DNA from: Antedon mediterranea
Taxonomy: Eukaryota > Animalia > Echinodermata
Length of the DNA: 64,000 nucleotides
Direction of reading: 5' to 3'
Assembly (NCBI RefSeq): GCF_964355755.1
Contig: NC_092680.1
Coordinates: forward strand, 6,448,001-6,512,000
The notes under the pieces were generated by a model. That model ran no database searches, was not told where the DNA came from, and saw nothing but the letters and a program-made list of their open reading frames with translations. Positions within the stretch are counted from its first letter, which is position 1. Each line of letters opens with the position of its first letter. The position numbers and the translations under genes were made by a program. Below, piece after piece: positions 12,231 to 24,905 of the stretch.

Positions 12231-14727
12231 TACACTTTGTAATCTAGAAGACTGGGCAAGAGAAATAGAGTTAAAAATAACACTGCAGAATTCAAGATTC
12301 GACCTAACTAAAGATTTGTATAAAATAACTAATGCCTTTTTATCGTTAATATGTCTGCAATGTCTCCAAAGAAAACCCAAAAGTCTATTGCATTTAGAAA
12401 CTATAAAATCAATATGTTTACAGAAGGTTAATAAACTATCTAAAAAAATACCAAGGTCTTTGTGAACAGAGACTCTTTCAAGTATAAAATTCTTAATATA
12501 AAAGTCAAAATAGATGGGTTTTTTCTTAAGAGTAAAAGACATTGATTTGCATTTAGAGGCATTGACTGACATATTCCAAGTGTCGCACCAGTGAATGAGT
12601 CTGTCAACGTCTTCTTGTAACAACAACATATCATTCAAGGTTTGTATAGACTTAAATAATTTAATATCGTCAGCAAACATAAGAACATTAGAATGACGAG
12701 GAACAAAGGAAAAATCGTTAATAAACATAATGAAAAAAAGAGGCCCCAAAATAGACCCCTGAGGCACGCCAGATAAAACTGGAAGCCATTCAGACGTGTT
12801 ACCATCAAAAGTGACTCTCTGAAACCTTTCCGATAAATAACTAGTAAAAAATAAAATTAAATCGTGATTTAGACCAAATTGTTGAAGTTTGAACAAGAGC
12901 AACTTATGGGAGACCCTGTCAAAGGCTTTAGCCATGTCTGTATATACAACTTCGCATTGCCCTTTTGCATTTATTGCGTCATACGCATGTGACAACAGAA
13001 CAGACAAATTTGTTTCACAAGACCTCCCTGGGTAAAATCCGTGTTGATGGTCACTAATAACTGGTGATATATGTTTAAAAATTTGGTCGTGAACAATTTT
13101 TTCAAATACTTTAGAAATAGTTGGCAACAATGAAACCGGTCTATAATTACGTACATCAGATTTAGAACCAGCTTTAAAGATAGGGCACACGTTAGCTTGC
13201 TTCCATTTTATCGGAAAACGTTTCTCAGAAATGCATCTTTCAAATAAAATTTTACAAGGGAAAGAAAGAGGTTTGGCAGCTAAAGACAAAACAATATTAC
13301 TTAGACCATCATTACCTGAAGCCTTATGAGAATCAATTTCATTAATGTGCTTTTCTATAACCTCCTGATTAAACTCAAGTTTAGATAAGCAATCAATGGG
13401 ATATTCAGGAAGATTAGGAATATCCAAATCGTTGTTAACAGGACTAAAAACAGAATAAAAAAATTGATTAAGTAAGTTTGCTTTGTCTTTCACAGTGTAA
13501 GCTGACTGATTATTAAAATGAAGTTCTGAAGGGATGTTATTATTGTTTTTTCTTGAGGATTTTATCCAAGACCAAAAACGTTTCGGATTACAACTTAAAT
13601 TACAACATAAAGAATTAACATAGGTTCGATACTTAAATCTACAAAGTCGTTTAAAATTTGACCTAGCAAATCGAAAATTTTCAATATTTAACCTATTGGG
13701 GTTACGTTTTTTTTCTCTAAAATATGATTCTTTAGATTTCAGAGCAGTGTAGAGCTCATTATCAAACCATGGTGGGAGTTTTCTCTTAGGTCTAAAAACA
13801 GGGACGAGATCTTTGATAGTAGCAAAAATAAAATCATAAAATAAATTAACTGCCTCATCAATGTCAACGGCAAGATCAAGTAAATGCCAAGGAATATGAG
13901 AAAGCGTTTGTATAAAATCTAATTTGTTAAGTTTTTTAAAATTATGTAACAATCGATCGTCATTATTGATAAGGTGTTTAGTAAACTCTATAGGATATTT
14001 AAAATTTATTGCACAGTGGTCAGAAGTGAAAATATCTTCACCGGATGAAACTTCATGGCATATAGTATTGCACAAGACAAGATCAAGAGTGTGATCGGCA
14101 CATGTCGGAAAATAAACAAATTGATTAAAATTATTGCCCTGTAAAATATTATCTATAAAAAATTTGCCATTAGAGTTGTCGGGAGCTTCACATTCTACAA
14201 TATTGCACTTATTATAACTATTCAAACGCCATTTTATCTCAGGTAGATTAAAATCTCCTAATAACATAACGTCATGATTGAAGCCCTGAAATTCATATTG
14301 CACATTGTTTATAGACTCACAGAGACGATCGATTTGAGATTTAGGTGCCGATGGTGGGCGATAATATATACCAATAATTAAACATTTTTTTCTAGACAGT
14401 TTTGACCCACATTAGTTCTTGACTTTCATCTTCAAACTTAATGAGACGACACGACCTGTATTTGTTGTTAATTAATAGTAAAACTCCACCTCCTCTCTTG
14501 TCCTCTTGCCGGTCCCTGCGATATAGATTAAAGCCATCTAAAGACAGTTCACAATCAATTACAGTCTTATTTAACCAGGTTTCAGTTAGTGCTACAACGT
14601 CTATGTATCTTGTGCACATGTGACTAAACAATTCCGATTTATACGATTCCATTTTGTTTTTTACACTACGAACGTTTTGGTAGTACACCTTTAAAGAGCT
14701 ACTTTTATTATTCGAATTAGTAGCATT

Positions 14728-14751
14728 CGGGCCAGGATTGACTTCTATGTC
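14728..14751 (-). other. 2A-like (StopGo) ribosomal recoding motif DIEVNPGP
   Basis: Translation VVLGGDIEVNPGP matches D(V/I)ExNPGP and lies just upstream of the APE domain. Confidence 0.85.
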
Positions 14752-17377
14752 CCCTCCAAGTACAACAGACCAAATACGTAGAGTACTAACCGAATTTGAA
14801 TAGTATGACACAGCCCTGCCAAGGAATTTAACCTTCGATTTCTTTCGTACTTTATCTTAATAAACAATATTTTTATGCACGAGGTAGTCAGCGGAAATTA
14901 CAAATCTAATATTCATGTTACTGTACTAACTATTATTGATTTATAAAACAACATTTCAAGCACTAAAGACTACTTCAAGATGACTATTCCAATGCCAGTA
15001 ATTGCAACATAATTGCAGCCTCCACTATTATTATATCCCTCTAATTCCGATACCCCTCTAATTTGAGACTACAACTGATGTCTAATGAGACACATCTAAT
15101 TCGAGACCTAAAATACCTTTTGGTGGTTGAGGAAGATCGAAGGAGACTGGCCAAGCGAGTCTTATACGTCCTCGCAGTCTATTCTGGATATATCATAGTG
15201 AAAAGAAGAATTGAGTTGATTCTAGTTGTGGAAGAAACATGTATCTAAACAATATGGCAACTTCATTGTTACACAAACTACATGGATGTTTACACTATGT
15301 TCCTACGCAAATCAAATCATGCATAACTAAATACAATGTCATTATAAGTTAAGCTATTAGATATAGAAGACATTGCAAATATAACCGAAATAACATATTA
15401 TTCTATAATATGATAACATTTTTTAGACGCTACATTAGTGGTGTATTTTTTTTATAATTGTAATAATTATGTGTTTGAGTTAAATAGACAGTATTTATGA
15501 GTTCAATAGAACTCTTAATTATTGATTACATTTTCTCTTCAACGAATACAAAACATACACAATGCGAACTATTGTACGCATGGGTTGGTTTTCGAACGAA
15601 AACTTTCTAAAACTTAACGTTCAATTGTCCTATTCATTAGTTCGTTTCACCATTAACTATCACTTTCCCGTTGAGTAGAACTAAATACTCATACGTTTTT
15701 AATTAACCAATGAAATGGAAAGGATTCACTCAGTGTGTTAAAATATACACTTCAAGCATTTTCAAATATTAACAGGTGGTACCATCAGCCAGTCGCTTTA
15801 GTAGAGAACATTGCTAAATTATTAACTCTTCGCGTGTGATAAGTAGAATATTTCCACTGTAATTGAAAGACTAATGATAAGCACTTATAAAATATGAGCA
15901 ACTGTATGAAGCATTATCGAAATAAATACATTAAACATTCCGTGTAGTGTCTTCTCTTCCTTAAATGATCTACATCTTTCATTTAACATTCTTAACAACG
16001 AAAGCTACAGCTATATCAGCTCTCTCAGGAACGAAACAAGGAATAACATTTGTTTTTGTTTGAACGAAAATTAAAAGTCACAAAGTCATGTATTTTACAT
16101 TTTAAAAAATAGTACTATATACTGTAGGCCTATGGCCATATTGCGATAATCTTTAGCGAGAATATCAGGTATTCCCGGATTTGTACCGTATTAAATAATT
16201 CTTCCAAAAATAATAAGACATTTTATTCAGCGACGAGACAACACACCAGGCTAAACATAGCTAAATGTTATGAAGTTCGTACTTTACAAATGTTACCAGA
16301 AGGGCCTACAAAACTATTTTCTCCTGCCTAACGTCTACATTCTTTTTTTTTAAATCACAATTGACTACGGAACGTACATTTAAGACAACAAAAAACCTGG
16401 TTTAATGATCATTTGAAAACAAACATTATTAATTCAATACATTATTTTTACAAAACGTCAACATTTGCAGAGATAGTGAATATAATGCATGTTGATTGTA
16501 TTTGATCTACTTTGTAATTATTCCACATCTTAAGGCTTAATGACGTCAAAACACGTCAAACCCTTAATTTTGTATTGAACACTTAAATGCCGGGTTCGGC
16601 AGTGTTCGAAGAACATTTCAAAAAGAAAATTTTGTATGACACACGTTAACGAAAAGTGTCAGCGTCCTAATAGGCGTTTACATGGAGTTAACTGTATTAC
16701 CTTGTTTGTGTCTATTCTGTTTGAACGCTAGTGACGCCTTTTCACGACAAGCATTAAGGTATCATCTTCAGAATACTTAATTATTGGCTTGAACACTTGT
16801 TTTTTATTCACAAGAGGTACTAAACTGTTCATGTCTTGCTATGCGGAAAACACATAACGGTTAATGTGTGCGTCATAAGGGCTATACGTTTTTATAAAAT
16901 ATAGCTATAACCTTTTTATTACCTATACAAGCATGTTTGTTTTTGGCCACATTATTTTTCAAAATCCTGCAGAGATGTGCATGTTAGAAAAATAGAGTTC
17001 GCAACATTATCAGCTACTTTCAATTGCCCCATAATGTTTGACTGATCTGTTTACCAGAGCCAACACACATCGGATAGTGAATGGGATCACATCGGATCAT
17101 TTGAGTATTTACCACGACTTATTGCCATTTTATGACGGTTTTTTTAAATCATTATTCATAACTACTATTATCATATCAACAAAGTCATTTTTTTTAATGG
17201 AACAATGATGGACATTCAAAATAGGCTAGATACAAACAGTTATTATTTTCGAGAGTGATATTGACCAACCAAACACTATACAGATTAATAATTTTGGTTT
17301 TACATAAACCAGTAACCAGTCCTTTGTGACACCCCTATATTGTGAAGACACACTGAAACAAACGGAACACCCATTTA

Positions 17378-17732
17378 TGCTAGGTCCGCGTAGAGACGCA
17401 ACGTAATGACGTAAGTGCAACAACGTTGTACTTACGTCATTGCGTTTCGTCGCGTAAGCGTGGTTCCCACTAGCGACGCAACGCAAGGACGTAACACAAC
17501 GCAAGTGAATTGACCAATCACAAGCGATGGCTTATTCGCTTTTGATTGCTAACTGTCTATAACTTCGCTTGTCATTGGTCAACACGCTTACGTTGCGTTT
17601 ACGTCCTTGCGTTACGTTCTAGTGGGAACCAAACTTAAGTGATTTAACCAATCACAAGCGATTGATTATTCGAGCTGAAGCTTGTCATTGGTTAAAACTC
17701 ACTTGTATTGCGTCTATAGTGGGAACCATGCT
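17378..17732. mobile_element. Nested PIF/Harbinger (Tourist)-like palindromic MITEs; inner copy 17457-17635
   Basis: TIR AGC(T/G)TGGTTCCCACTAG / CTAGTGGGAACCAAACT followed by TAA. The outer, diverged copy ends TAGTGGGAACCATGCT. Confidence 0.7.
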
Positions 17733-19215
17733 TAGCACATTCATAATAGTGGTTGTGCTGAATACATTTTTTGCAACACACGGTAATAATACATTATAGT
17801 TTTTGATTAACAAAACTTATTGTTATTGTACAAAATGGAGAGATGTCTATCGTTAGTACTACACAAGCGATAAACAAAATAAATAAATTATTCTTTGGTA
17901 ACAGATTGGTAATAAAGCAGAATCAATTTAGACAAGGCTGAATTTAAATGTAATCTCTGAGGATACTACACGAAATGAGCATACCACAATTTATTCCACA
18001 CAATCCTCTGGGTTGCAATTACTAACGGAACTTACTAACTAACGAATAATGGAACTATAATATACTTTGACGATATACGGTACTCGCAGCAATTTGTTAT
18101 GTTCTGTCACAAATGATTGATATCGTTTTGGGTATTCAACTTATGAAAAATATAATAAGTAACAAAATGAAATTGGAATGGCAAAAGCATCTGTTGAAAA
18201 TAATCGATCACTTGATAGTAATGTAATATATTTTATCTAAAGCATTCGTCTTAAAATGAACAGGTTAATAACGATGTTTTAGATAAAATTGTTACTTATC
18301 GGATTCAAGATGTTATATTCATCACAATACAAACGGATTTTTTTAATTACAAAAACTTCAACCTATACCAATAATACATTGTGCAAAGAAGTCACCCATC
18401 AACTCTTACTGAATATGTTATGCTACTAGAAATATTAATTATAATTGTCGATTAGGCGTTTCTTGTTTGCAAAATACCATGTTACTTTATATAGCAATAT
18501 TTATCCATTATATTCTTCCATCTCCAACGTAAAGATAAAGCGTTGGTGATTTTGAATATGTCATTACCACACCACTTAAAAAGCAATGTAAACAAACTAA
18601 ATCATCGCAAACATAATTAATATTAAATACTAAATGAACTGTTTACGTACCGACAATTCCAACCAGTGTAATTAACGAAAGCACGCTGGCTATTGGTATT
18701 GTAGACATAGGTAAAACTCCAGTTGAATTTTCGTCCATGGTAACACGTTGGCATGTGCCGCATTTAAGATAAACAGTAATATCAAGTCTTGAAGCAATTC
18801 CAGTTTATGACAATCTGATAGATTATACGTTCTTATAAAAGTGAATCTATCTCGCGCAGCCGCGTTTGAGGCAGTACAGCTCCCTCAATCTGATACATGA
18901 TTAGTTTGTAGACTTCCTATAGACTAGCACAACACAGCTTGAAAAGCTTTTCCTTCATGGACAGAGGCCATTGAATGCTGCACTCGACAATTAAGATTCG
19001 TCAGTCAAGTCACGCCCGTGTACATAATGTTGTGTTGAGTGTATCAATCCATTCCTATACAATCCACGTATGATAAATTGTAATGTTTTACCAAGAAATA
19101 ATTTAAGACAATACCATCACCAATACAGTTAGGTAATAGTATTTCAGGTTATATATTAAATAGTATACAAATAATGAATGTTTATGAGTGTAATGGTACA
19201 AATAATGGCACGAGG

Positions 19216-19282
19216 TGAATGATGAAAGGTTATATTTCAACGAGGCGATGAGCCGAGTTGAAATATAACCTTTCATCATTCA
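19216..19282. repeat. Perfect 26-bp inverted repeat with a 15-nt loop
   Basis: TGAATGATGAAAGGTTATATTTCAAC / GTTGAAATATAACCTTTCATCATTCA. Confidence 0.9.
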
Positions 19283-20393
19283 TATTTTAGCCGATGCGGC
19301 AGACATATTTAGAAATTCCTGACTGTCGCCTCATGCGTCTAGGAAATTATTCGCGTCAATCGAACATTCTTGAGTTCGGATTGGTTGCGCAATTGTTCGC
19401 GTCACAAAAATTACTACATGGTTGGTAAACTATATAGTACAGTATTCGTTTTTCATTTCCAAAATTTCAACTGAAAGAAAAAAAAGTAAATAATGATAGT
19501 AGACCCTATTAATTATAATTTCTTGATCTAGGCCTATACATTAGCACAGTCGTGTCACAGCGTGCACGCCATGTTTAGTTGTTCATATTTTAAGTCCATT
19601 AATCTTCTCACCATAGCAAGAGAAGTATTAAAAACAAGGTTCCTGTAAAAAAAATGTATGCTTTTCATTTTTCAAATTACCAATGATACGCTACGAAGGA
19701 AATATATTTCAATAAAACAAATCAAAATGTTTAAGTTTAACAAAAAACATAAAATAAATAAAAATAGAAATATATTTCAAAATAAAGAACCTATTTTCCT
19801 ACATTTAAAGTATAGAAAGTAACAAAACTCTGTCAGAGAATTAAAAAAAAACGTGAAAAAATGTTCTTGGAGCGCTGAAACACATAATTGAACATCACAT
19901 TTTATTTGCTGAAAGTTTTTGTATGACAATGTCTAAATACGGTATAGAGTGCATATAATGTAAAAAAAAAGCCTCAAAATCTTACCGAATGTCTCTTTCA
20001 CGTTGGCATACAATATGTCTTTCACATTTGTTAGTATGGGCCCGATGTTATTGATTTTGACCAGGCTGAAAGAGAAATGCGCCAACGCATTGAATAACGG
20101 TTATTGCATAATAAAACGGTATTCAACAAAGGGAACCGACATTCTGTTCTGATCTCTTTAAAATATGGTTTCTGGTCGGGTTTGTGTGAGCATTGCCGAC
20201 GCGAACAGTCGAACTGTGCGGCCTTGGTTCGGGAGAATTATACCATATGTTTAATATTGTATGATGATTATGATTAATAGTCGGTCAAAAATAAATGTTA
20301 GTTTCATTTTGAATGAATAAGAGCGCCAAGATCCGTCTCTCTGCTTTATCATTATTTTCAATTTCAACCCACTGCAGCATGGGTTAAGTCTCT

Positions 20394-21238
20394 TGTTGAG
20401 CCGTGAAATGTGCAAAAAGTCACATTTGTGCAAACAACCACATTTGTGCAAGCATGGCACCCTCAAATGTGCAAATCTGTAAAAATGTATAACCTACTAA
20501 TGTGCAAACATCACGCCGTAAGATGTAAAAACGATCAGTTTTGACGTTAAATGTGCAAATGAAATTTTACAAATGTGCAAATCGTTTTTTCAACCAAATT
20601 CGTTCATTAAAAATGATAACCTAATTCCTATAGTCACGGATTTTTCTAACAATGTTTTCAAGACATAGCCACATAGCGTGGGGAATTTTATACGTCCGCG
20701 TGGTGTATGTGTCCTTTCGCTTTTTAGCATCCATCCGGAGTAGATGTGTTTAAAGATTTACCCTCCGTCCTTCCTTGCTTCCACCAGTTTTTGAAGTTTA
20801 CATTACTTGGGCATATTTACCCATCAAACTTGTATTTAAATTAGTTTAAGTTTAGTAAGTCAAGTTAATCTTTGGATTCTTGATAACCATGCATATTATA
20901 TTTAGCATTCGATATATATTTATGTGATTTTATGTAATAACCAAGGTGTTTAGTTAGTAGTAGTTATTGTCCGTACATATACGGTAAACTTGATAGAGGC
21001 AGCCCATACATTATGTATACGTCTAAGATGGAACTAAATTAGTTATGGGCTGCCCCATTATTACAAATCTATTTTATATATGCTATTATGTGTTTCGTCA
21101 TTTAATAAATATGACAATTTCCATCCTAGTTGGTGTATATTGTATTTTTCCGTCTGGCCTCTTGCGGCATAAATGTGGTTGTTTGTACTGTAGGTCTACA
21201 TTTGAAGGTAACATGTTTGCACATTTCACGGCTCAACA
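20394..21238. mobile_element. Non-autonomous TIR element with TGT...ACA ends (Ginger/TDD-like)
   Basis: Perfect 23-bp TIR TGTTGAGCCGTGAAATGTGCAAA, flanks TCTCT / CCTCT, and subterminal ATGTGCAAA repeats. Confidence 0.7.
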
Positions 21239-21981
21239 CCTCTCCCACAAGTTGACTCTCAAGCTATCATCTAATCTATCATCAATGGTCATGTCATCTC
21301 CCTGTAAGTACCTAGAACTAACTATTACAATATTATTTTTCCGCAAATGTTCTACAGGACTTTTGTTTACTTTACGATTAACGTAATTTGGTATTGTTTA
21401 TTTATATTATATCTATTTTATTTTACTGTCTTTTATCTGTCATTCTTACGACTGCGTCGTTCTGAAATTAAAAATCGACAGAAACCGATTTAAAAAACGC
21501 GTGCTGTCCAATCGACATATCACATTGTTGTCGATTGCCGTAAATGTTTTCTCATTGATTTGTAAAGTGAATTAGACCAGAAAGTAATCCAAATAAGTAC
21601 ACAATTATATAAAGTACACATAATAAAACAACATTTTAATAAAGCAATATTCTCCTTAAACCAATATAATCGATTTATAAATTGAGCATTATTGGTTGTT
21701 GGTTGTGACTATGGTTACTATATAATTTCTGCATTAACATTATAAAGCAAACTGTATTTATTGTAGGCCCAGTACATAAATAGTCGTGTAAATAAGTACA
21801 AAAATACATAAATTATAATATGCGTAAGAATGACTTAGTTATAGTGAAAAAATAAATACATGCCTTCAGATTATATTATGTTGATTTCTCAATGACAAAT
21901 TCAATTCAATTCAATTCAAAATTCTTTAATCATCCCACATGTGGCAATTCAAATAAAAAGGTCTGAATTAAAATGATCTTA

Positions 21982-22140
21982 AGCCGATTTTCCACTAGGC
22001 GAATTTGTTCGCGCGAATCGAAGGCGTCAGCTAATACGCATGCGTAGAGTAGGATTTGGAAGATGTAAACATGAATACACATGCGTACAAGCTGGCGCTT
22101 TCGATTCGCGCGAACAAATTCACCTAGTGGAAAATCGGCT
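21982..22140. mobile_element. 159-bp palindromic PIF/Harbinger-like MITE
   Basis: TTA|AGCCGATTTTCCACTAGG ... CCTAGTGGAAAATCGGCT|TTA, with long arms and a perfect 3-bp TWA duplication. Confidence 0.85.
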
Positions 22141-22202
22141 TTACAGAATATACAAAATATCACCCAAAAAAATGTATGTATAAGCATATAATAAACATGC
22201 TT

Positions 22203-22233
<31 letters not shown>

Positions 22234-22593
22234 TTCGGGTAAAAAACTTACAACAAGTAGGCCGCAAGGCTAAACACGTTGCATTTACAAAAATTACTGT
22301 ACAATTTACTTACATAACAATAAAAAGAATGTAATAAAAATGAAATAACAGGTACAACAATATCACTCTGTCTCTTTGACTCTATGAACTATTGTTTAGC
22401 ATATTCATTATTGTAGGGATGGGTGAATACATACATGTTAATTGAATTTAAATACCAGGCTAGATAATCATCAACTAATCGAAGAAGACTGTAGGCCCTA
22501 TGTAAAAAAAGACATATATTATTTCGGTTAACAGGGGCAAAATCTTCGGGAATGTCGGCGTGTCAGAACGATTCCAATGAATTTCCACCAGAA

Positions 22594-22998
22594 GATACCC
22601 ACAATTATTACGATACTTTTTACTAATTGATTCTATCATAATATTATTTATTTTAAGTTGAATTCCACCAGAAATAACCAAATAGTTTTACATGTTAGGT
22701 TTGAAAACAGAATATTGTTTTATTATCATTCTTGTTAGGGATGTAGAGACGATATTGATCTCATCATCTGAACATCTGGTCCGGCATTAAGATGGATACC
22801 CACAATTATTACGATACTTTTTACTAATTGATTCTATCATAATATTATTCATTTTAAGTTGAATTCCACCAGAAATAACCAAATAGTTTTACATGTTAGG
22901 TTTGAAAACAGAATATTGTCTTATTATCCTTCTTGTTAGGGATGTAGAGACGATATTGATCTCATCATCTGAACATCTGGTCCGGCATTAAGATGGAT
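22594..22998. repeat. Recent tandem duplication, 2 x 201 bp
   Basis: Units start GATACCCACAATT at 22594 and 22795 and differ by only a few substitutions. Confidence 0.95.
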
Positions 22999-24335
22999 AG
23001 AAAAATATCGATGAAACATATAGGTTTTGCAACATGGAGTAATAGATCTGACTGTGTAATCATCCTTTATCTTTTTGACTTTTAAATTCACGCAAATCCC
23101 GACCTCAGCCTGGTTAAAAAGGTTAATGATAGGCCTCTATTCAGAAAGTATATGAGTATGAAATACAGAAACCAGTACGAGATGTACTTTGCAATAGAGT
23201 TGGAATGCAGAGCCTTCGGCTTTTGGCATGCCATCATAATGAAAAGATGTGTAATATTTGTATGCATTAGGCCTACTTAGTGCGTAATTGTTAATAGAAA
23301 AAATTACATATTCAATTATTCAGCACAGTATTAGTAGGTAGGATCTTGAAACAATTTAAGTATTTTTTCTGTTCTTCTAACGAGTATATTATTACTAGTT
23401 TAGGAATAATATTTTATTTCGATGACTCGAGATGCGTTAATTGCCTTTTTATACAATCTATCCAGTTAATCCGGACGTCACTCTTTAACGAATTTTTTTT
23501 TTACATTAGATTTCTCATTTTAATCAGCCTACGTAAATTGTGTTACTGGACTAACACGATTTATGTCCATGTTGTGTCTTAGAAATAGATATCGGAAACT
23601 ACTATCAAGAGAGAAAAAATACGTCATTGATCTCATCTGGATCTCGGAAATGTATCATTTATATCTTTGAAAAACTTAGTTGTCAATATTTTCAATAAAT
23701 CAATTTAACACAAGAATAACAAATCAATGTGTACGGAACATGACATTATCCGAAAGAGGAGATAACGGTGCATTTATGACCACTTAATAGATTTGTTTAG
23801 AAATGTGTTTACGTTTACGTTATTTCATAATATTCTTCATCATACAATGTTTGAATTCCATTATACATGGAAATGTTAGTTATCCGGTTTATCTTCAATA
23901 CATTCAATGTGTTTCTTTGTATCTACCTCTTCACTCTACTTAGTTAATTGATCATGTATCTGCAGCTTAAGGATGTATATCAACAGCCAAGTTTCAGATT
24001 ATTACACTAATGAAAACATTTTATTGCTAAATTGATCCGTTATCATTAATCAAATAGTCGCTGTAGTTCAACAAGTTCAACTTATTAACACACACTATAG
24101 AAATGGCATGAATTTGATATTACGTCATCATTGAAGGTGTTTGATTAATCTACACGTGCAAACTTTTGAAATACTATGTTTGACCAGGGAGTCAACTCCC
24201 TGGTTTGACCATGGACAACCTCTTGTAATTTTTAAATTCTTGTAATCTCGAATTTGAAGTAATAGCTCGAATTAGAACGTTTTCAAGTCGAACTTCGAAC
24301 TACGACTAATAGTATAGTCCAGATCCCTATGTATT

Positions 24336-24545
24336 TTCGCGTGCAAATCATGGGGAAAGTGTAAACATTGTGTTTTATGAATATTTGAATCTTGCTGGTT
24401 ATAAAAACCCATTTTGTCAAATTTCTAGAATTAATATTTGACCTCTGACCTCAATTTGAGGTCAAATATGAATTTTAGAAATTTGACAGCATGGGTTTTT
24501 ATAACCAGCACAATGTTTACACTTTCCCCATGATCTCCACACGAA
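24336..24545. mobile_element. Foldback/palindromic MITE-like element
   Basis: ATCATGGGGAAAGTGTAAACATTGTG...TTTGACCTC mirrored by GAGGTCAAA...CACAATGTTTACACTTTCCCCATGAT. Confidence 0.75.
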
Positions 24546-24860
24546 GGCACTTTTTTTGACGTAGGCCTATATGTATCATCACACACCAAACATTTTTAGG
24601 GTTTATATTAGAAAGGAACAATATAACATTTACACAGTTATATAGTTGAGGAATAAATGCTAACAGAAAATGATAAGAGTAAAAACATTTTCTTGTTGGT
24701 GAAAATTCAAATGAATTTTAAAGCAGAGGTAGGCCTATGTGATAATTTGAATTATTTATAGTGGAAATCTCATCTTATTGCTGAATCAGCTCTCTTATCA
24801 AATTACTGCTTCAATGTTGAATGTATACATCGTCTGCTATCAGCCGTGTTGTTAAATTAA

Positions 24861-24905
24861 ACGTCCAGAATTAGTAGCGAATGATTCGCTACTAATTCTG
24901 GACGT
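24861..24905. repeat. Perfect 22-bp-arm palindrome
   Basis: ACGTCCAGAATTAGTAGCGAAT-G-ATTCGCTACTAATTCTGGACGT. Confidence 0.9.

Larger units (their letters stand above)
11744..14850 (-). pseudogene. LINE ORF2 (APE endonuclease + reverse transcriptase), disrupted
   Basis: ORFs 14392-14811, 12177-14303 and 11744-12295 join into one frame after removing one extra A near 14400 (WVK-LSRKKCLIIGIYYRPP) and the 127-bp MITE+TSD (SRLQSV-QNKFCRF). Confidence 0.9.
11615..15190 (-). mobile_element. Non-LTR retrotransposon (LINE), CR1-like, near full length; 5' boundary approximate
   Basis: Poly(A) tail (T21 at 11615-11635), 3' stem-loop, APE endonuclease motifs (YYQNVRS, LTETWL, GGGV, YYRPP, GDFN, SDH) and RT motifs (NYRPVSLLP, QHGF, AFDRV, GVPQGSILGP, FADD). 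Confidence 0.93.

Noticed and set aside
12199-14623. Short ORFs overlapping the LINE (12199, 12440, 12971, 14441)
   Set aside because: Antisense or alternate frames of ORF2 with no recognisable motifs.
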